A stretch of DNA of 64,000 nucleotides, taken from positions 128,001 to 192,000 of the forward strand of contig JBNKHE010000005.1 in the NCBI GenBank assembly GCA_050290185.1, given 5' to 3'. This document shows, one piece after another, positions 10,188 to 20,126 of the stretch. The notes below the pieces were generated by a model. That model was not told where the DNA came from. It was given only the letters and a program-made list of their open reading frames with translations, and made no database searches. The position numbers and the translations under genes are program-made. The stretch is from Pontiella sp. (GTDB lineage: Bacteria > Verrucomicrobiota > Kiritimatiellia > Kiritimatiellales > Pontiellaceae). Each line of letters begins with the position of its first letter. Position 1 is the first letter of the stretch.

Positions 10188-11372
10188 ATGAAGTTTATTT
10201 ATTCATGGCGGTGGTTTGGTCCGAACGACCGGATTCGGCTGGAGGAGATCCGGCAGGCGGGTGCGACGGGCGTTGTTTCGGCGCTGCATCAGATTCCGGT
10301 GGGCGAGGTATGGTCCAAGGACGCCATTCTTGAGCGGAAACAAATGATCGAAGCCGCCGGATTGGAATGGGTGGTGGTTGAAAGCCTGCCGGTCAGTGAA
10401 GATATCAAGAAATGCAGCGGCGACTACCAACGGCATATCGAGAACTACAAGGTGTCGATCCGGAATCTGGCCGAATGCGGTCTCACGACCATCTGCTACA
10501 ATTTCATGCCCATCCTGGATTGGTCGCGCACCAACCTGAAGCTCGACTTTAAAGACGGCTCCTATACTTCGGAATTCCAACTGCATGTCTTTGCCGCTTT
10601 CGATCTATTCATGCTTAAACGAAGTGGGGCGGAGAAGGATTATCCACTCGAAGTGCTCGAGGAGGCACAGACGTTTTTTGAGCAACTCGATGCCGGAGGA
10701 AAAACAAAACTTCAGGAAACCATTCTCTATGGATTGCCGGGCTCCATGCAGACCTACACACCGGAAGAATTCCAGCAACTACTGGATTCCTATGCCGGTA
10801 TTGATCGCACGAAACTTAAAAGCCACTTGAGCTTGTTCTTAAACGAGGTGGTACCCGTAGCTGAGGCGTACAGCATAAAAATGGCGGTCCATCCCGACGA
10901 TCCGCCATGGAACCTGCTGGGGCTTCCGCGCATTGTCAGTAACGTTGACGATTTGATGGAGATCGTCGAAATGGTGGATTCGCCTTCAAACGGTGTGACC
11001 TTGTGCACCGGTTCGCTGGGGGGCGGACACTTCAACGATCTGCCCCGCATTGTCGAAGCCGTTGCACCGTCGATCCATTTCGTACATCTGCGTAACGTGG
11101 TCCGTGATGCGGGATTGAACTTCCAGGAAGAAGTCTTCTTCGAGGGCGATATTGATATGATCGCCGTGGTGAAGGCGTTGCTGAACGAAGGCAAGCGCCG
11201 GGGTGAAGCCGAAGGCCACGAATGGATCGTGCCTATTCGCCCTGATCACGGCCACCAGATACTGGATGACGTGGGTAGAGAAAACTATCCAGGCTACAGT
11301 CTATTCGGTCGAATGAAAAATCTGGCCGAGATTAAGGGGCTTACGCTGGGCCTGATGAGTTCAATCGATTAG
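10188..11372 (+). CDS. uxuA: Mannonate dehydratase
   Basis: WRWFGPND, CYNFMPILDWSRT, HPDDPP and RPDHGH motifs. Confidence 0.95.
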   Translation: MKFIYSWRWFGPNDRIRLEEIRQAGATGVVSALHQIPVGEVWSKDAILERKQMIEAAGLEWVVVESLPVSEDIKKCSGDYQRHIENYKVSIRNLAECGLTTICYNFMPILDWSRTNLKLDFKDGSYTSEFQLHVFAAFDLFMLKRSGAEKDYPLEVLEEAQTFFEQLDAGGKTKLQETILYGLPGSMQTYTPEEFQQLLDSYAGIDRTKLKSHLSLFLNEVVPVAEAYSIKMAVHPDDPPWNLLGLPRIVSNVDDLMEIVEMVDSPSNGVTLCTGSLGGGHFNDLPRIVEAVAPSIHFVHLRNVVRDAGLNFQEEVFFEGDIDMIAVVKALLNEGKRRGEAEGHEWIVPIRPDHGHQILDDVGRENYPGYSLFGRMKNLAEIKGLTLGLMSSID

Positions 11373-11485
11373 CCCGCTTGTCAGATCCTGTCCACCGGAA
11401 CCAATGCTTCCGGATATTGTCGATGGATCAAGTTCGGGATTGCAATTCCGTCTGCATTTTTGAATTCTATGCAACTTTCTTTGGC

Positions 11486-11562
11486 GCCCCGGTAGCTCAG
11501 CTGGACAGAGCGACAGATTCCTAATCTGTAGGTCGGAGGTTCGAACCCTCTCCGGGGCACCA
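11486..11562 (+). tRNA. tRNA-Arg (anticodon CCT)
   Basis: Acceptor stem GCCCCGG/CCGGGGC plus ACCA; D arm TAGCTCAGCTGGACAGAGC; anticodon arm ACAGA-TTCCTAA-TCTGT; T loop GGTTCGAA. Confidence 0.97.
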
Positions 11563-11575
11563 CTTTTCTTTTCCC

Positions 11576-11605
11576 ATCCCCAATGACTTTCGTTGGGGAT
11601 TTTTT
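11576..11605 (+). terminator. Intrinsic terminator after the tRNA
   Basis: ATCCCCAATGA-CTT-TCGTTGGGGAT followed by a T run. Confidence 0.75.
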
Positions 11606-11703
11606 GTTTTCGGCTCCCAACAGCATTTTCCTGCCTGTGTTCTGGGCCTTTCTGTCAAAAAACAGCAATAAACAGTTTGTAAAAAGGAATATGGATAGCT
11701 AAA

Positions 11704-11730
11704 AGAAAGCAATCAGAAAGCAATAAGAAA
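11704..11730. promoter_or_regulatory. Candidate operator for the DeoR-family regulator (11-bp-period direct repeats)
   Basis: AGAAAGCAAT-C-AGAAAGCAAT-A-AGAAA just upstream of the regulator gene. Confidence 0.5.
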
Positions 11731-11751
11731 CCCACAGGGCTAGTATAGACC

Positions 11752-12507
11752 ATGACTGTAAATGTTTCAGAACGCAGGGGAATGATACTCGAAGTGCTGG
11801 CGGAGGATGGAAATGTCAGTGTTTCCGAGCTTGCCAAGCGCCTTGGGGTCACGGTGGTTACGGCCCGTGCCGATCTGGCGTCGCTGGAAGAAGAAGGTTA
11901 TCTGGTTCGCACGCATGGCGGCGCGATGCCGGCTTATCATCCCAAGATTCTCGAGCGCATCCGCAAGGATAAGGATCTTAAATCCGCGATTGCCAAGGCC
12001 GCTGCCCATGAAATCCAGAGCGGCGATACGGTGATCATCAGTGCGGGAACCACCACCGCACTCATTGCCAAATACCTGCTGGGCAAGCGCGATATCCACA
12101 TCGTAACCAATAACACCCTGCTGCTTACCTACGCCCGCACCAATCCGCAGTTGCGCGTTACGCTGGTCGGTGGCGAATTCCGCGCGGCGGAAGAGGGCAA
12201 CATTGGACCCATGGCTTTGGCGGCGTTGGATCAGTTTCATGTGTCCAAGGCCTTCATCGGAATCGACGGGGCTTCCGTAAAGCAGGGCTTTACCGCCCAC
12301 TTTGTCGAAACCGCCGACCTCGTTCGCAAGATGGCCGAGCAGGCGGACGAGGTCATCGTTATTTCCGATTCATGCAAGTTCGGCAAGCCGGGCTTTGCCC
12401 GCATTCTGCCATTCGATGGCGTTGATTCGCTTGTTACCGACAAGGAACTCACGACCGAATTTGAAACCGAATTAACCAATGCCGATGTACGTATCATCAA
12501 GTCGTAA
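11752..12507 (+). CDS. DeoR/GlpR family transcriptional regulator
   Basis: HTH (VSELAKRLGVTVVTARADL), RTHGGA, DeoR C-terminal sensor (AGTTT, DSCKFG). Confidence 0.93.
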   Translation: MTVNVSERRGMILEVLAEDGNVSVSELAKRLGVTVVTARADLASLEEEGYLVRTHGGAMPAYHPKILERIRKDKDLKSAIAKAAAHEIQSGDTVIISAGTTTALIAKYLLGKRDIHIVTNNTLLLTYARTNPQLRVTLVGGEFRAAEEGNIGPMALAALDQFHVSKAFIGIDGASVKQGFTAHFVETADLVRKMAEQADEVIVISDSCKFGKPGFARILPFDGVDSLVTDKELTTEFETELTNADVRIIKS

Positions 12508-12518
12508 AGGAGAACGTT

Positions 12519-13838
12519 ATGGCGACAGAAGTATTAATGCCGAGACAGGGACAATCCGTTGAGTCCTGCATCATCATTGAATGGAAAGTGAACGAAGGCG
12601 ACGTCGTCTCTGAGGGACAGGCACTCTGCGAGGTCGAAACCGACAAGGCCACCTTCGAAGTCGAAGCGACTGCTTCCGGAACCGTGCTCGGCATCTTTTA
12701 CCCCGCCGAAGCCGACGTTGAAGTGTTGAAAGTCATCGCCGCCATCGGTGAACCGGATGAAGACATTTCGGGACTGCGGCCCGAAATGACAGAGGTCAGC
12801 GAGCAGAAGTCTGAGGTTAGTGAAGCAGTAGAAGCGCCGAAACCGGAACCGGCTCCGGCCGCTGTCACGCCTCAATCATCAATCGTCACGTCTTCCGGCG
12901 CATCACCCCGCGCCAAGAGTTTGGCGGACAAGAAAGGCGTCGACCTTTCCTCCATCGCGGGCTCCGGTCCGGGCGGACGCGTGATTGAACGCGATGTGGA
13001 TGCCGCTCCCGCCGTAACCCCGGCAGCCGCGGCCAAGGCCGCTGCCACAGGTCTTTCCATTCCTGCGGTCGGAACCGGAATGGGCGGCCGCGTTGTGCCC
13101 GCCGATTTGGTTGCCGTTGCTTCCTTGGAATTTCCCGGCGCCGTCACCGAAATCCCGATCAAGGGAGTTCGCAAGGTTGTTGCCAGCCGCATGCTCGATT
13201 CCCTTCAGAACACCGCACAGCTCACTCTTAATTCTTCAGCCGATGCCCGTTCGATCCTGGAATACCGGGAAAAGTGCAAGGCTGCTCCGGAGGAATATGG
13301 GGTGGGTGGTATCAGCATCAATGATGCAGTTCTCTACGCCACGGTCAAAACACTGGCCGAGTTCCCCGAACTCAATACGCACTGGAAGGGCGACAAGATG
13401 GTTCAGTTCGGTAACGTCCATCTTGGGTTTGCCGTCGACACGCCGCGCGGTCTGATGGTTCCCGTCATCCGCTTTGCCAACTTGATGAGTCTCAAACAGC
13501 TGTCCGTCGAAGCCAAGCGACTGGCCAAAGCCTGCCTCGATGGCACCATTGATCCGGACTCCCTGACGGGAGGAACTTTCACGGTCACCAATCTCGGGGC
13601 CATGGGCATCGAAAGCTTTACCCCGGTACTGAACAAGCCGGAGGTCGGTATTCTCGGTGTTTGCACCATCCAGCCGAAACCGGTGATGAAAGGTTCCGAG
13701 GTCGAGTTCGTGCCGCACATGGGCCTCTCGTTGACCTTCGATCACTGCGCTGTAGACGGCGCGCCCGCCGCACGTTTCCTGTCCGTATTGCGGCAGAAAC
13801 TCGCGAATTTCATGTTTGAACTCACATCGGAAAAATAA
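12519..13838 (+). CDS. Dihydrolipoamide acyltransferase (E2) of a 2-oxoacid-dehydrogenase-type complex
   Basis: Lipoyl domain ETDKAT; E3-binding GSGPGGRV; catalytic DHCAVDG. Confidence 0.93.
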   Translation: MATEVLMPRQGQSVESCIIIEWKVNEGDVVSEGQALCEVETDKATFEVEATASGTVLGIFYPAEADVEVLKVIAAIGEPDEDISGLRPEMTEVSEQKSEVSEAVEAPKPEPAPAAVTPQSSIVTSSGASPRAKSLADKKGVDLSSIAGSGPGGRVIERDVDAAPAVTPAAAAKAAATGLSIPAVGTGMGGRVVPADLVAVASLEFPGAVTEIPIKGVRKVVASRMLDSLQNTAQLTLNSSADARSILEYREKCKAAPEEYGVGGISINDAVLYATVKTLAEFPELNTHWKGDKMVQFGNVHLGFAVDTPRGLMVPVIRFANLMSLKQLSVEAKRLAKACLDGTIDPDSLTGGTFTVTNLGAMGIESFTPVLNKPEVGILGVCTIQPKPVMKGSEVEFVPHMGLSLTFDHCAVDGAPAARFLSVLRQKLANFMFELTSEK

Positions 13839-13841
13839 ACC

Positions 13842-15185
13842 ATGGTTTACGATATTATCATTATTGGAGCGGGGCCTGGCGGCTATGAAATGGCCGAGCG
13901 GGCAGGGCATAAGGGGCTGAAGGTGCTGCTGATTGAAAAGCAGTATCTCGGCGGCGTTTGTCTTAACTGGGGCTGCATCCCGACCAAGACCCTGCTCAAT
14001 TCCGCTAAACACTATGTTCATGCCAAGGAGGCGCCGGAGTTCGGGGTCAATGTTGGCGATGTCCAGTTCGACCTCGATAAGACGATGGCTTGGAAGCAGG
14101 ACGTGATCGAAACCTTGCGTGGCGGGGTTGCGGCCATGATGAAGAAAAACAAGGTCGAAGTCCTTTACGGCACGGCCAAGCTGATTGATTCACGCAAGAT
14201 CGAAGTCGACGGCACGGTATACGAAGGCAACAACGTCGTAATCGCCACCGGCGGCTCCCCGTTTATTCCGCCGATTCCCGGTGCCGACCAGCCGCACGTC
14301 ATGACCAGCAAGGAAATCCTGAGCGTTGATACGATGCCGAAGTCGTTGGCCGTGATCGGCGGCGGCGTGATCGGGATTGAATTCGCCAGCTTCTTTAGCA
14401 GTCTGGGCGTCAAGGTCGACGTGATTGAAATGCTGGATGAAATCATTCCGTTCATGGACAACGATCAGGCGGCCCAGTTCCGCAAGGCACTCAAGGGCAA
14501 GGTCGATTTCAATCTCGGATGTCGCGTTACAGCCATCGACGGCCATGACGTGAAGTTCACCACCAAATCGGGTGAGGAAAAGTCGATCAATGCCGACATT
14601 GTGCTGATGTCCGTTGGCCGCTCGCCGAACCTGTCCGGTATGGGCGTCGAAGAAGCCGGGCTTGATTTTGATCGTCGCGGCATCAAGACCGACGACCAGC
14701 AACGCACCAATCTACCGAACGTCTACGCCATCGGCGACGTTACCGGAAAATCACAGCTGGCTCACTCGGCCACCCGCATGGGCGAGGTGGCGCTCAATAC
14801 GATTCTCGGCAAGAAGGATCGTTTCCGCACCAACGCCATTCCGTGGGCGGTGTATTCGATGCCGGAAATCGCGGGCTGCGGCCTGACTGAAAAACAAGCG
14901 AAGGAGGCAGGGCATAATGTCAAGGCCGCCTCGTTGCCGCTCATCATGAGCGGACGCTTCCTTGCTGAAAACGGCAAGCGCGGTCCGGGTTCCGTCAAGG
15001 TGGTTGTCGATGCCGATACCCAGGCGCTGCTCGGCGTGCACATGTTCGGGGCCTATAGCTCGGAAATCATTTGGGGCGTCGCCGCCATGATCGAGTCCGG
15101 ACTCCGTGTCGAGGATGTCCAGGAAATCGTCTTCCCGCACCCGACGGTCGGGGAAGTTATTCGCAGTACGATGTTTCAGTTTTAA
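13842..15185 (+). CDS. lpdA: Dihydrolipoyl dehydrogenase (E3)
   Basis: [19 protein letters not shown] and HPTVGE motifs. Confidence 0.95.
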   Translation: MVYDIIIIGAGPGGYEMAERAGHKGLKVLLIEKQYLGGVCLNWGCIPTKTLLNSAKHYVHAKEAPEFGVNVGDVQFDLDKTMAWKQDVIETLRGGVAAMMKKNKVEVLYGTAKLIDSRKIEVDGTVYEGNNVVIATGGSPFIPPIPGADQPHVMTSKEILSVDTMPKSLAVIGGGVIGIEFASFFSSLGVKVDVIEMLDEIIPFMDNDQAAQFRKALKGKVDFNLGCRVTAIDGHDVKFTTKSGEEKSINADIVLMSVGRSPNLSGMGVEEAGLDFDRRGIKTDDQQRTNLPNVYAIGDVTGKSQLAHSATRMGEVALNTILGKKDRFRTNAIPWAVYSMPEIAGCGLTEKQAKEAGHNVKAASLPLIMSGRFLAENGKRGPGSVKVVVDADTQALLGVHMFGAYSSEIIWGVAAMIESGLRVEDVQEIVFPHPTVGEVIRSTMFQF

Positions 15186-15228
15186 TCAATCAGTCTGATC
15201 AGACGAACCCGACCGATCTGTCTGATCA
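15184..15228. repeat. Degenerate 9-nt-period tandem repeat
   Basis: ATCAGTCTG ATCAGACGA ACCCGACCG ATCTGTCTG ATC between lpdA and the E1 gene. Confidence 0.55.
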
Positions 15229-15247
15229 TTTTTTAAAGGAGCCAACC

Positions 15248-17701
15248 ATGCCAAAAGATCAAGTTATATGCCCAGAGGAAACCCGCAAGGCGGGGGAAAT
15301 AACCTTTAAGCCGATTCCGATCAACCAGTACAAATCGGACTACAAGAAGGAAGAGAAGAAGTACGGCAAGGAGCGTCTCGTCAAGATGTACTACGACATG
15401 CTCATGATCCGCGAATTCGAAACCATGCTGAACCAGATCAAGGTTCAAGGATCCTATGAAGGCATGGAATACAATCATCCGGGGCCGGCCCACTTGTCGA
15501 TTGGCCAGGAGGCCGCGGCGGTTGGTCAATCGGTCAATCTGGACACCGATGACTACATCTTCGGCTCGCACCGTTCGCATGGTGAAATTCTGGCCAAGTG
15601 CCTGTCCGCGATCTACCAACTCGACGACGCCAAGCTGAACAGCATCATGGAAGGGTTCTTTGATGGCGCTACGTTGAAGGTCGTAAAGGATGGCTCACAC
15701 GAGAGTGCCAAGGATTTGGCGGAAGACTTCATCCTTTACGGCACTCTGGCGGAAATCTTCGCCCGCGACACCGGCATCAACCGTGGCCTTGGCGGCTCAA
15801 TGCATGCCTTCTTCATTCCGTTCGGATCCATGCCGAACAACGCACTGGTGGGCGGTTCCGCGGACATTTCCGTCGGTTCGGCTATGAACAAGCTGATCAA
15901 CCGCAAGCCCGGCATCGTGATTGCAAACATCGGCGACGCCTCCATGGGCTGCGGCCCGGTCTATGAAGGCATCTGGATGGCGGCGATGGACCAATATGTC
16001 GAGCTGTGGGACAAAGAATTCGGCCATCCCCCGGTACTGATCAATATCATGAACAACCAGTATGGCATGGGGGGGCAGACGGTTGGCGAAACCATGAGCT
16101 ACAAATACGCGGCGCGTATCGGCGCGGGCATCAACTCCCATCAGATGCATGCGGAACGTGTCGACGGATACAATCCGCTGGCGGTGGCCGATGCCACCGA
16201 ACGCAAGAAAAAAGTTCTTCTCGAAGGTAAGGGGCCGGCTCTACTCGACATCGTTACCTACCGTATTTCCGGACACTCTCCATCCGATGCTTCGTCCTAT
16301 CGTTCCAAGGAAGAGATGGAGCTTTGGGAAGCACAGGATTGCGTTCGCACCTTCGGCGAATACCTCATCGAAAACGGCGCTCTCTCCGAAACGGATGCCG
16401 AAGCCTTGAAGGCCAAGGTTGTTGCCAAGGTCAGCAAAGCCATGAAGCTGGCGATCGATGAATCGGTTTCCCCGTATTCTGATGTCGGTCTGATCGAAAA
16501 GGTCATGTACTCCAACGGCAAGGTTGAGAAATTCGATGACCGCGAGCCGGAACTGCTGCAGAAGCTCGAAGACAACGATCGCGTTAAGCAGCTGAAGCGC
16601 AAAAAACGGTATGCGTTTGACGAAACCGGCCAGCCCTACAAGCCCAACCAGCTTTACACCTTCCGCGACGGCATTTTCGAAGCCATGGCCCACCGCTTTA
16701 CCGTGGACCCCTCCATGATTGCCTACGGCGAGGAAAACCGCGACTGGGGCGGGGCATTCGCCTGCTACCGCGGTTTGACGGAATTGCTGCCGTACCATCG
16801 CCTGTTCAACTCGCCGATTTCGGAAGGCGCGATTGTTGGAACCGCCTGCGGTTATGCCCTGAGCGGCGGCCGAGTGTGCGCCGAGCTGATGTATTGCGAT
16901 TTCATGGGCCGCGCCGGCGATGAAATCTTCAACCAGATCGCCAAGTGGCAGTCGATGTCCGCCGGCATCCTGAAAATGCCGCTGGTGCTCCGCGTTTCCG
17001 TGGGCAACAAGTATGGCGCGCAGCATTCGCAGGACTGGACCGCAATGGTCAACCATATCCCGGGCCTGAAGGTTTACTATCCGGCGACGACCTACGATGC
17101 CAAGGGCATGCTCAACCTGGCGCTGGCCGGAACCGATCCGGTGATCTTCTTCGAATCGCAGAAGACCTACGGCGTGGGCGAGCTGTTCGAAAAGGGCGGG
17201 GTGCCGGAAGGCTACTATGAAACGGAAGAGGGAGAGCCAGCGGTTCGTGTTCAGGGCAAAGACCTGACGCTCGTAACGCTCGGTCCGGTGCTCTACAGCG
17301 GCATGAAGGTGGTTGATGAAATGAAGGAAAAGTACGGCATGGAAGTCGAACTTATCGACCTGCGTTTCGTCGCGCCGCTCAACTACGACAAGATCGTCGA
17401 ATCCGTCAAGAAGACCGGTCGCATCGTGCTGGTCTCCGATGCGGTAGAGCGTGGTTCCGCGCTGCACAATATTGCATCGAACATCACGAACCTGTGCTTC
17501 GACTATCTCGATGCTCCGCCGGTGGTGATCGGTGCCAAGAACTGGATCTCTCCGGCCGCTGAAATGGAGAAGGATTACTTCCCGCAGTCCGAGTGGATCA
17601 TCGACGCGATCCACGAGCGCATCGTTCCGCTTCCAGGTCATGTGGTGAAGCACAACTATACCACTGGCGAAATGTTGCGCATTGCGCGGAAGGGTGTGTA
17701 A
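15248..17701 (+). CDS. Fused E1 alpha/beta TPP-dependent dehydrogenase component (acetoin/2-oxoacid dehydrogenase-like)
   Basis: [17 protein letters not shown] motif GDA..NN, YRISGHS; beta half has SPISEG, HSQ and ELIDLR; AAGGAG RBS before ATG 15248. Confidence 0.9.
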   Translation: MPKDQVICPEETRKAGEITFKPIPINQYKSDYKKEEKKYGKERLVKMYYDMLMIREFETMLNQIKVQGSYEGMEYNHPGPAHLSIGQEAAAVGQSVNLDTDDYIFGSHRSHGEILAKCLSAIYQLDDAKLNSIMEGFFDGATLKVVKDGSHESAKDLAEDFILYGTLAEIFARDTGINRGLGGSMHAFFIPFGSMPNNALVGGSADISVGSAMNKLINRKPGIVIANIGDASMGCGPVYEGIWMAAMDQYVELWDKEFGHPPVLINIMNNQYGMGGQTVGETMSYKYAARIGAGINSHQMHAERVDGYNPLAVADATERKKKVLLEGKGPALLDIVTYRISGHSPSDASSYRSKEEMELWEAQDCVRTFGEYLIENGALSETDAEALKAKVVAKVSKAMKLAIDESVSPYSDVGLIEKVMYSNGKVEKFDDREPELLQKLEDNDRVKQLKRKKRYAFDETGQPYKPNQLYTFRDGIFEAMAHRFTVDPSMIAYGEENRDWGGAFACYRGLTELLPYHRLFNSPISEGAIVGTACGYALSGGRVCAELMYCDFMGRAGDEIFNQIAKWQSMSAGILKMPLVLRVSVGNKYGAQHSQDWTAMVNHIPGLKVYYPATTYDAKGMLNLALAGTDPVIFFESQKTYGVGELFEKGGVPEGYYETEEGEPAVRVQGKDLTLVTLGPVLYSGMKVVDEMKEKYGMEVELIDLRFVAPLNYDKIVESVKKTGRIVLVSDAVERGSALHNIASNITNLCFDYLDAPPVVIGAKNWISPAAEMEKDYFPQSEWIIDAIHERIVPLPGHVVKHNYTTGEMLRIARKGV

Positions 17702-17704
17702 AAC

Positions 17705-17755
17705 TGACAAGTGACGATTGAGTCGTGACTCACGTTTTACGGCTCACTCGTCACG
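17705..17755. repeat. Heptamer-period inverted repeat
   Basis: TGA at 17705/17712/17719/17726; TCA or TTA at 17730/17737/17744/17751. Confidence 0.7.
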
Positions 17756-17771
17756 AAACCAGAGGTTTTAT

Positions 17772-18992
17772 ATGGCACTAGAAGTAAACAACCACGTTCA
17801 CTCGACCTATTCGTTCAGCCCCTACACGCCGTCGGACATTCCGGAAAAGGCCAAACAGGCTGGACTTGGGACCGTTGGCATCATGGACCACGATTCGGTT
17901 TCTGGCTGCGAGGAGTTTCTTGAAGCCAGCAAAAAGATGGACATCGCGGCGACTATTGGTTTCGAGATGCGCGTCAATATGAACGGCACGTCGGTGGAAG
18001 GTCGCAAGACCAATAATCCCGACGAGCCTAACGTCAGTTACATCGCAATCCACGGTATTCCACGTAACCAGATTGCCAAGGTAAAGGACTTCCTGAAGCC
18101 GATCCACGAGGCGCGGATTGCGCGCGACCGGAAAGAAGTTGAAAAATTGAATGCGGTCCTGAACGAGCGTGGGGCCCCAACGCTTGATTTCGACGCCGAC
18201 GTTCTAGCCATCTCCAATGCGGCTGATGGAGGATCGGTCACCGAACGCCACATTCTCTATGCGCTGTCGCTTAAGCTGATCGAGGAGCATGGCAAGGGTG
18301 AGTGGCTGGTTGGATTTGTCGAAAATCAGATGAAGATTCCATTGGCCGGCAAGCTCAAGGAACTGTTGCTTGATACGGGCAATCCGCACTATGCCTACGA
18401 TTTGCTGGGGGCGTTTAAGTCGGAATTGGTTCCCGAGTTTTTCATTGTTTCGGACTACGACGAATGCATCTCCGTCCATGACGCCGTCAAATTTGGAAAC
18501 GAAATCGGCGCGATCCCGGCCTATGCCTACCTCGGCGATGTCGGCGAATCACCGACCGGAGACAAGAAGGCAGAAAAGTTCGAGGATGATTTCCTCGATG
18601 AGCTGGTGCCCGAGCTGAAGCAGCTCGGCTTCAAGGCGATCACCTACATGCCGCCGCGCAACACCCTTGAACAACTAATGCGGTTGCAAAAGCTTTGCCA
18701 GGAAAACGGCCTGATGGAAATCAGCGGTGTGGACATCAACAGTTCGCGGCAGTCGTTCAACTGCCCGATCCTGCTGGAGCCGGAATTCAAGCATCTGGCC
18801 GATGCGGCTTGGGCGCTGATTGCGCATGAAAAGCTCGCTGACGCCGATCCGAAACTGGCACTGTTTAGTGATAAAAACCCGCTGGCCAGCAAGCCGCTGG
18901 AAGAGCGTGTTGCCCGTTATGCAGAGATTGGAAAACGGATTGATCATTCCCGTCCTGAAGAGGCGATCAATCTGAAGGGAGATTTGAAATGA
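17772..18992 (+). CDS. PHP-domain metallohydrolase (putative sugar-phosphate phosphatase)
   Basis: NNHVHSTYS and GIMDHDS PHP metal-binding motifs; GAGG RBS. Confidence 0.8.
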   Translation: MALEVNNHVHSTYSFSPYTPSDIPEKAKQAGLGTVGIMDHDSVSGCEEFLEASKKMDIAATIGFEMRVNMNGTSVEGRKTNNPDEPNVSYIAIHGIPRNQIAKVKDFLKPIHEARIARDRKEVEKLNAVLNERGAPTLDFDADVLAISNAADGGSVTERHILYALSLKLIEEHGKGEWLVGFVENQMKIPLAGKLKELLLDTGNPHYAYDLLGAFKSELVPEFFIVSDYDECISVHDAVKFGNEIGAIPAYAYLGDVGESPTGDKKAEKFEDDFLDELVPELKQLGFKAITYMPPRNTLEQLMRLQKLCQENGLMEISGVDINSSRQSFNCPILLEPEFKHLADAAWALIAHEKLADADPKLALFSDKNPLASKPLEERVARYAEIGKRIDHSRPEEAINLKGDLK

Positions 18993-20068
18993 AAAAGAAA
19001 GCACTCGAAATCGCGCCAATGCTACGCGGACTGAGCTTTGATGGAGAAAAGGGTGACGTTGTCGTATTCAAGGATCGGATCGACTATGCCGAACTCACGT
19101 GCAAGGCGGATGAGTTGGCCGAAAAATACGAGAAGGGTATGCACTCGGTCTATGTTGAAGGTGTCGGCGGCTTCCTGCTTGGCGAGGACTACGACGATGC
19201 CATGAACGGAACCTCTGCCGCACCGATCTCGACCGGTCGTGCCGCGGTGGTACACAACAAGGTTTGCGTGGTGACCGGCGGGGCGCAGGGATTCGGCGAA
19301 GGCATCGTGCGCGAACTCATCAAAAACGGAGCGACCGTGTTCATTGCGGACATGAACGTGGGTGGAGCCAAAAAGCTGGCACTGGAGCTCAATGAAGAGG
19401 CCGGGCGTACCGTGGCCTTTGGCATTTCCGTCAACGTGACCGATGAAAAGTCGGTCGAGAAGATGGTGGTGGAAATCGTTAAGACCGTGGGCGGAATCGA
19501 CCTGTTTGTCAGCAACGCCGGAGTGCTCAAGGCCGGCAGCGTAAAGGAAATGACGCTTAAGGATTTCGAGTTCGTGACCGACGTCAACTATATCGGCTTC
19601 TTCCTATGCACGAAACATGTTGCGCCGGTGATGGAGCGTATGAACAAGCCGCACGGAAACTACTACACCGACATCATCAGCATCAGCTCCAAGTCGGCGT
19701 TGGAAGGTTCCAATAAGAACGGTGCCTATGCCGGCTCAAAGTTCGGTTCTGTTGGTCTGGTGCAGAGTTTTGCCAAGGAACTGGTGGTGGATAACACCAA
19801 GGTCAACACCGTCTGCCCTGGAAACTTTTTCGACGGGCCGCTGTGGTCCGACCCCGAGAAGGGGCTGTTTACGCAGTACCTCAATACCGGGAAGGTGCCG
19901 GGAGCCAAAACCGTCGAGGATGTCCGCCATTACTACGAATCGCAAATCCCGATGGGCCGCGGATGCGATGGAGAAGACGTCACGAAGGCCATTCTCTACA
20001 CGGTCGAACAGAAATATGAAACCGGCCAAGCCATCCCCGTCACTGGCGGCCAGGTGATGCTGAACTAA
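18989..20068 (+). CDS. SDR oxidoreductase, sorbitol-6-phosphate dehydrogenase (SrlD)-like, with an N-terminal extension of about 85 aa
   Basis: TGGAQGFG, YAGSK, and the SrlD-typical SSKS..GS.KN and CPGNFFDGPLW...LFTQY. Confidence 0.82.
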   Translation: MKKKALEIAPMLRGLSFDGEKGDVVVFKDRIDYAELTCKADELAEKYEKGMHSVYVEGVGGFLLGEDYDDAMNGTSAAPISTGRAAVVHNKVCVVTGGAQGFGEGIVRELIKNGATVFIADMNVGGAKKLALELNEEAGRTVAFGISVNVTDEKSVEKMVVEIVKTVGGIDLFVSNAGVLKAGSVKEMTLKDFEFVTDVNYIGFFLCTKHVAPVMERMNKPHGNYYTDIISISSKSALEGSNKNGAYAGSKFGSVGLVQSFAKELVVDNTKVNTVCPGNFFDGPLWSDPEKGLFTQYLNTGKVPGAKTVEDVRHYYESQIPMGRGCDGEDVTKAILYTVEQKYETGQAIPVTGGQVMLN

Positions 20069-20113
20069 TGACCGACAACGAATAACCAATAACAATTTAC
20101 GATTAACTATTAC
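20069..20113. repeat. Degenerate heptamer tandem repeat
   Basis: TGACCGA CAACGAA TAACCAA TAACAAT TTACGAT TAACTAT. Confidence 0.55.
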
Positions 20114-20126
20114 CCGGAGGGTAACC

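Noticed and set aside
16241..17710. Long antisense ORFs (489 aa here; also 20103-21368, 41087-42094, 45312-46400, 55568-56410)
   Set aside because: These are shadow frames of well-supported genes, expected with GC-rich codon bias; they carry no motifs.
17705..17755. CRISPR array interpretation of the short repeats
   Set aside because: No constant 25-45 bp repeats with unique spacers, and no cas genes.
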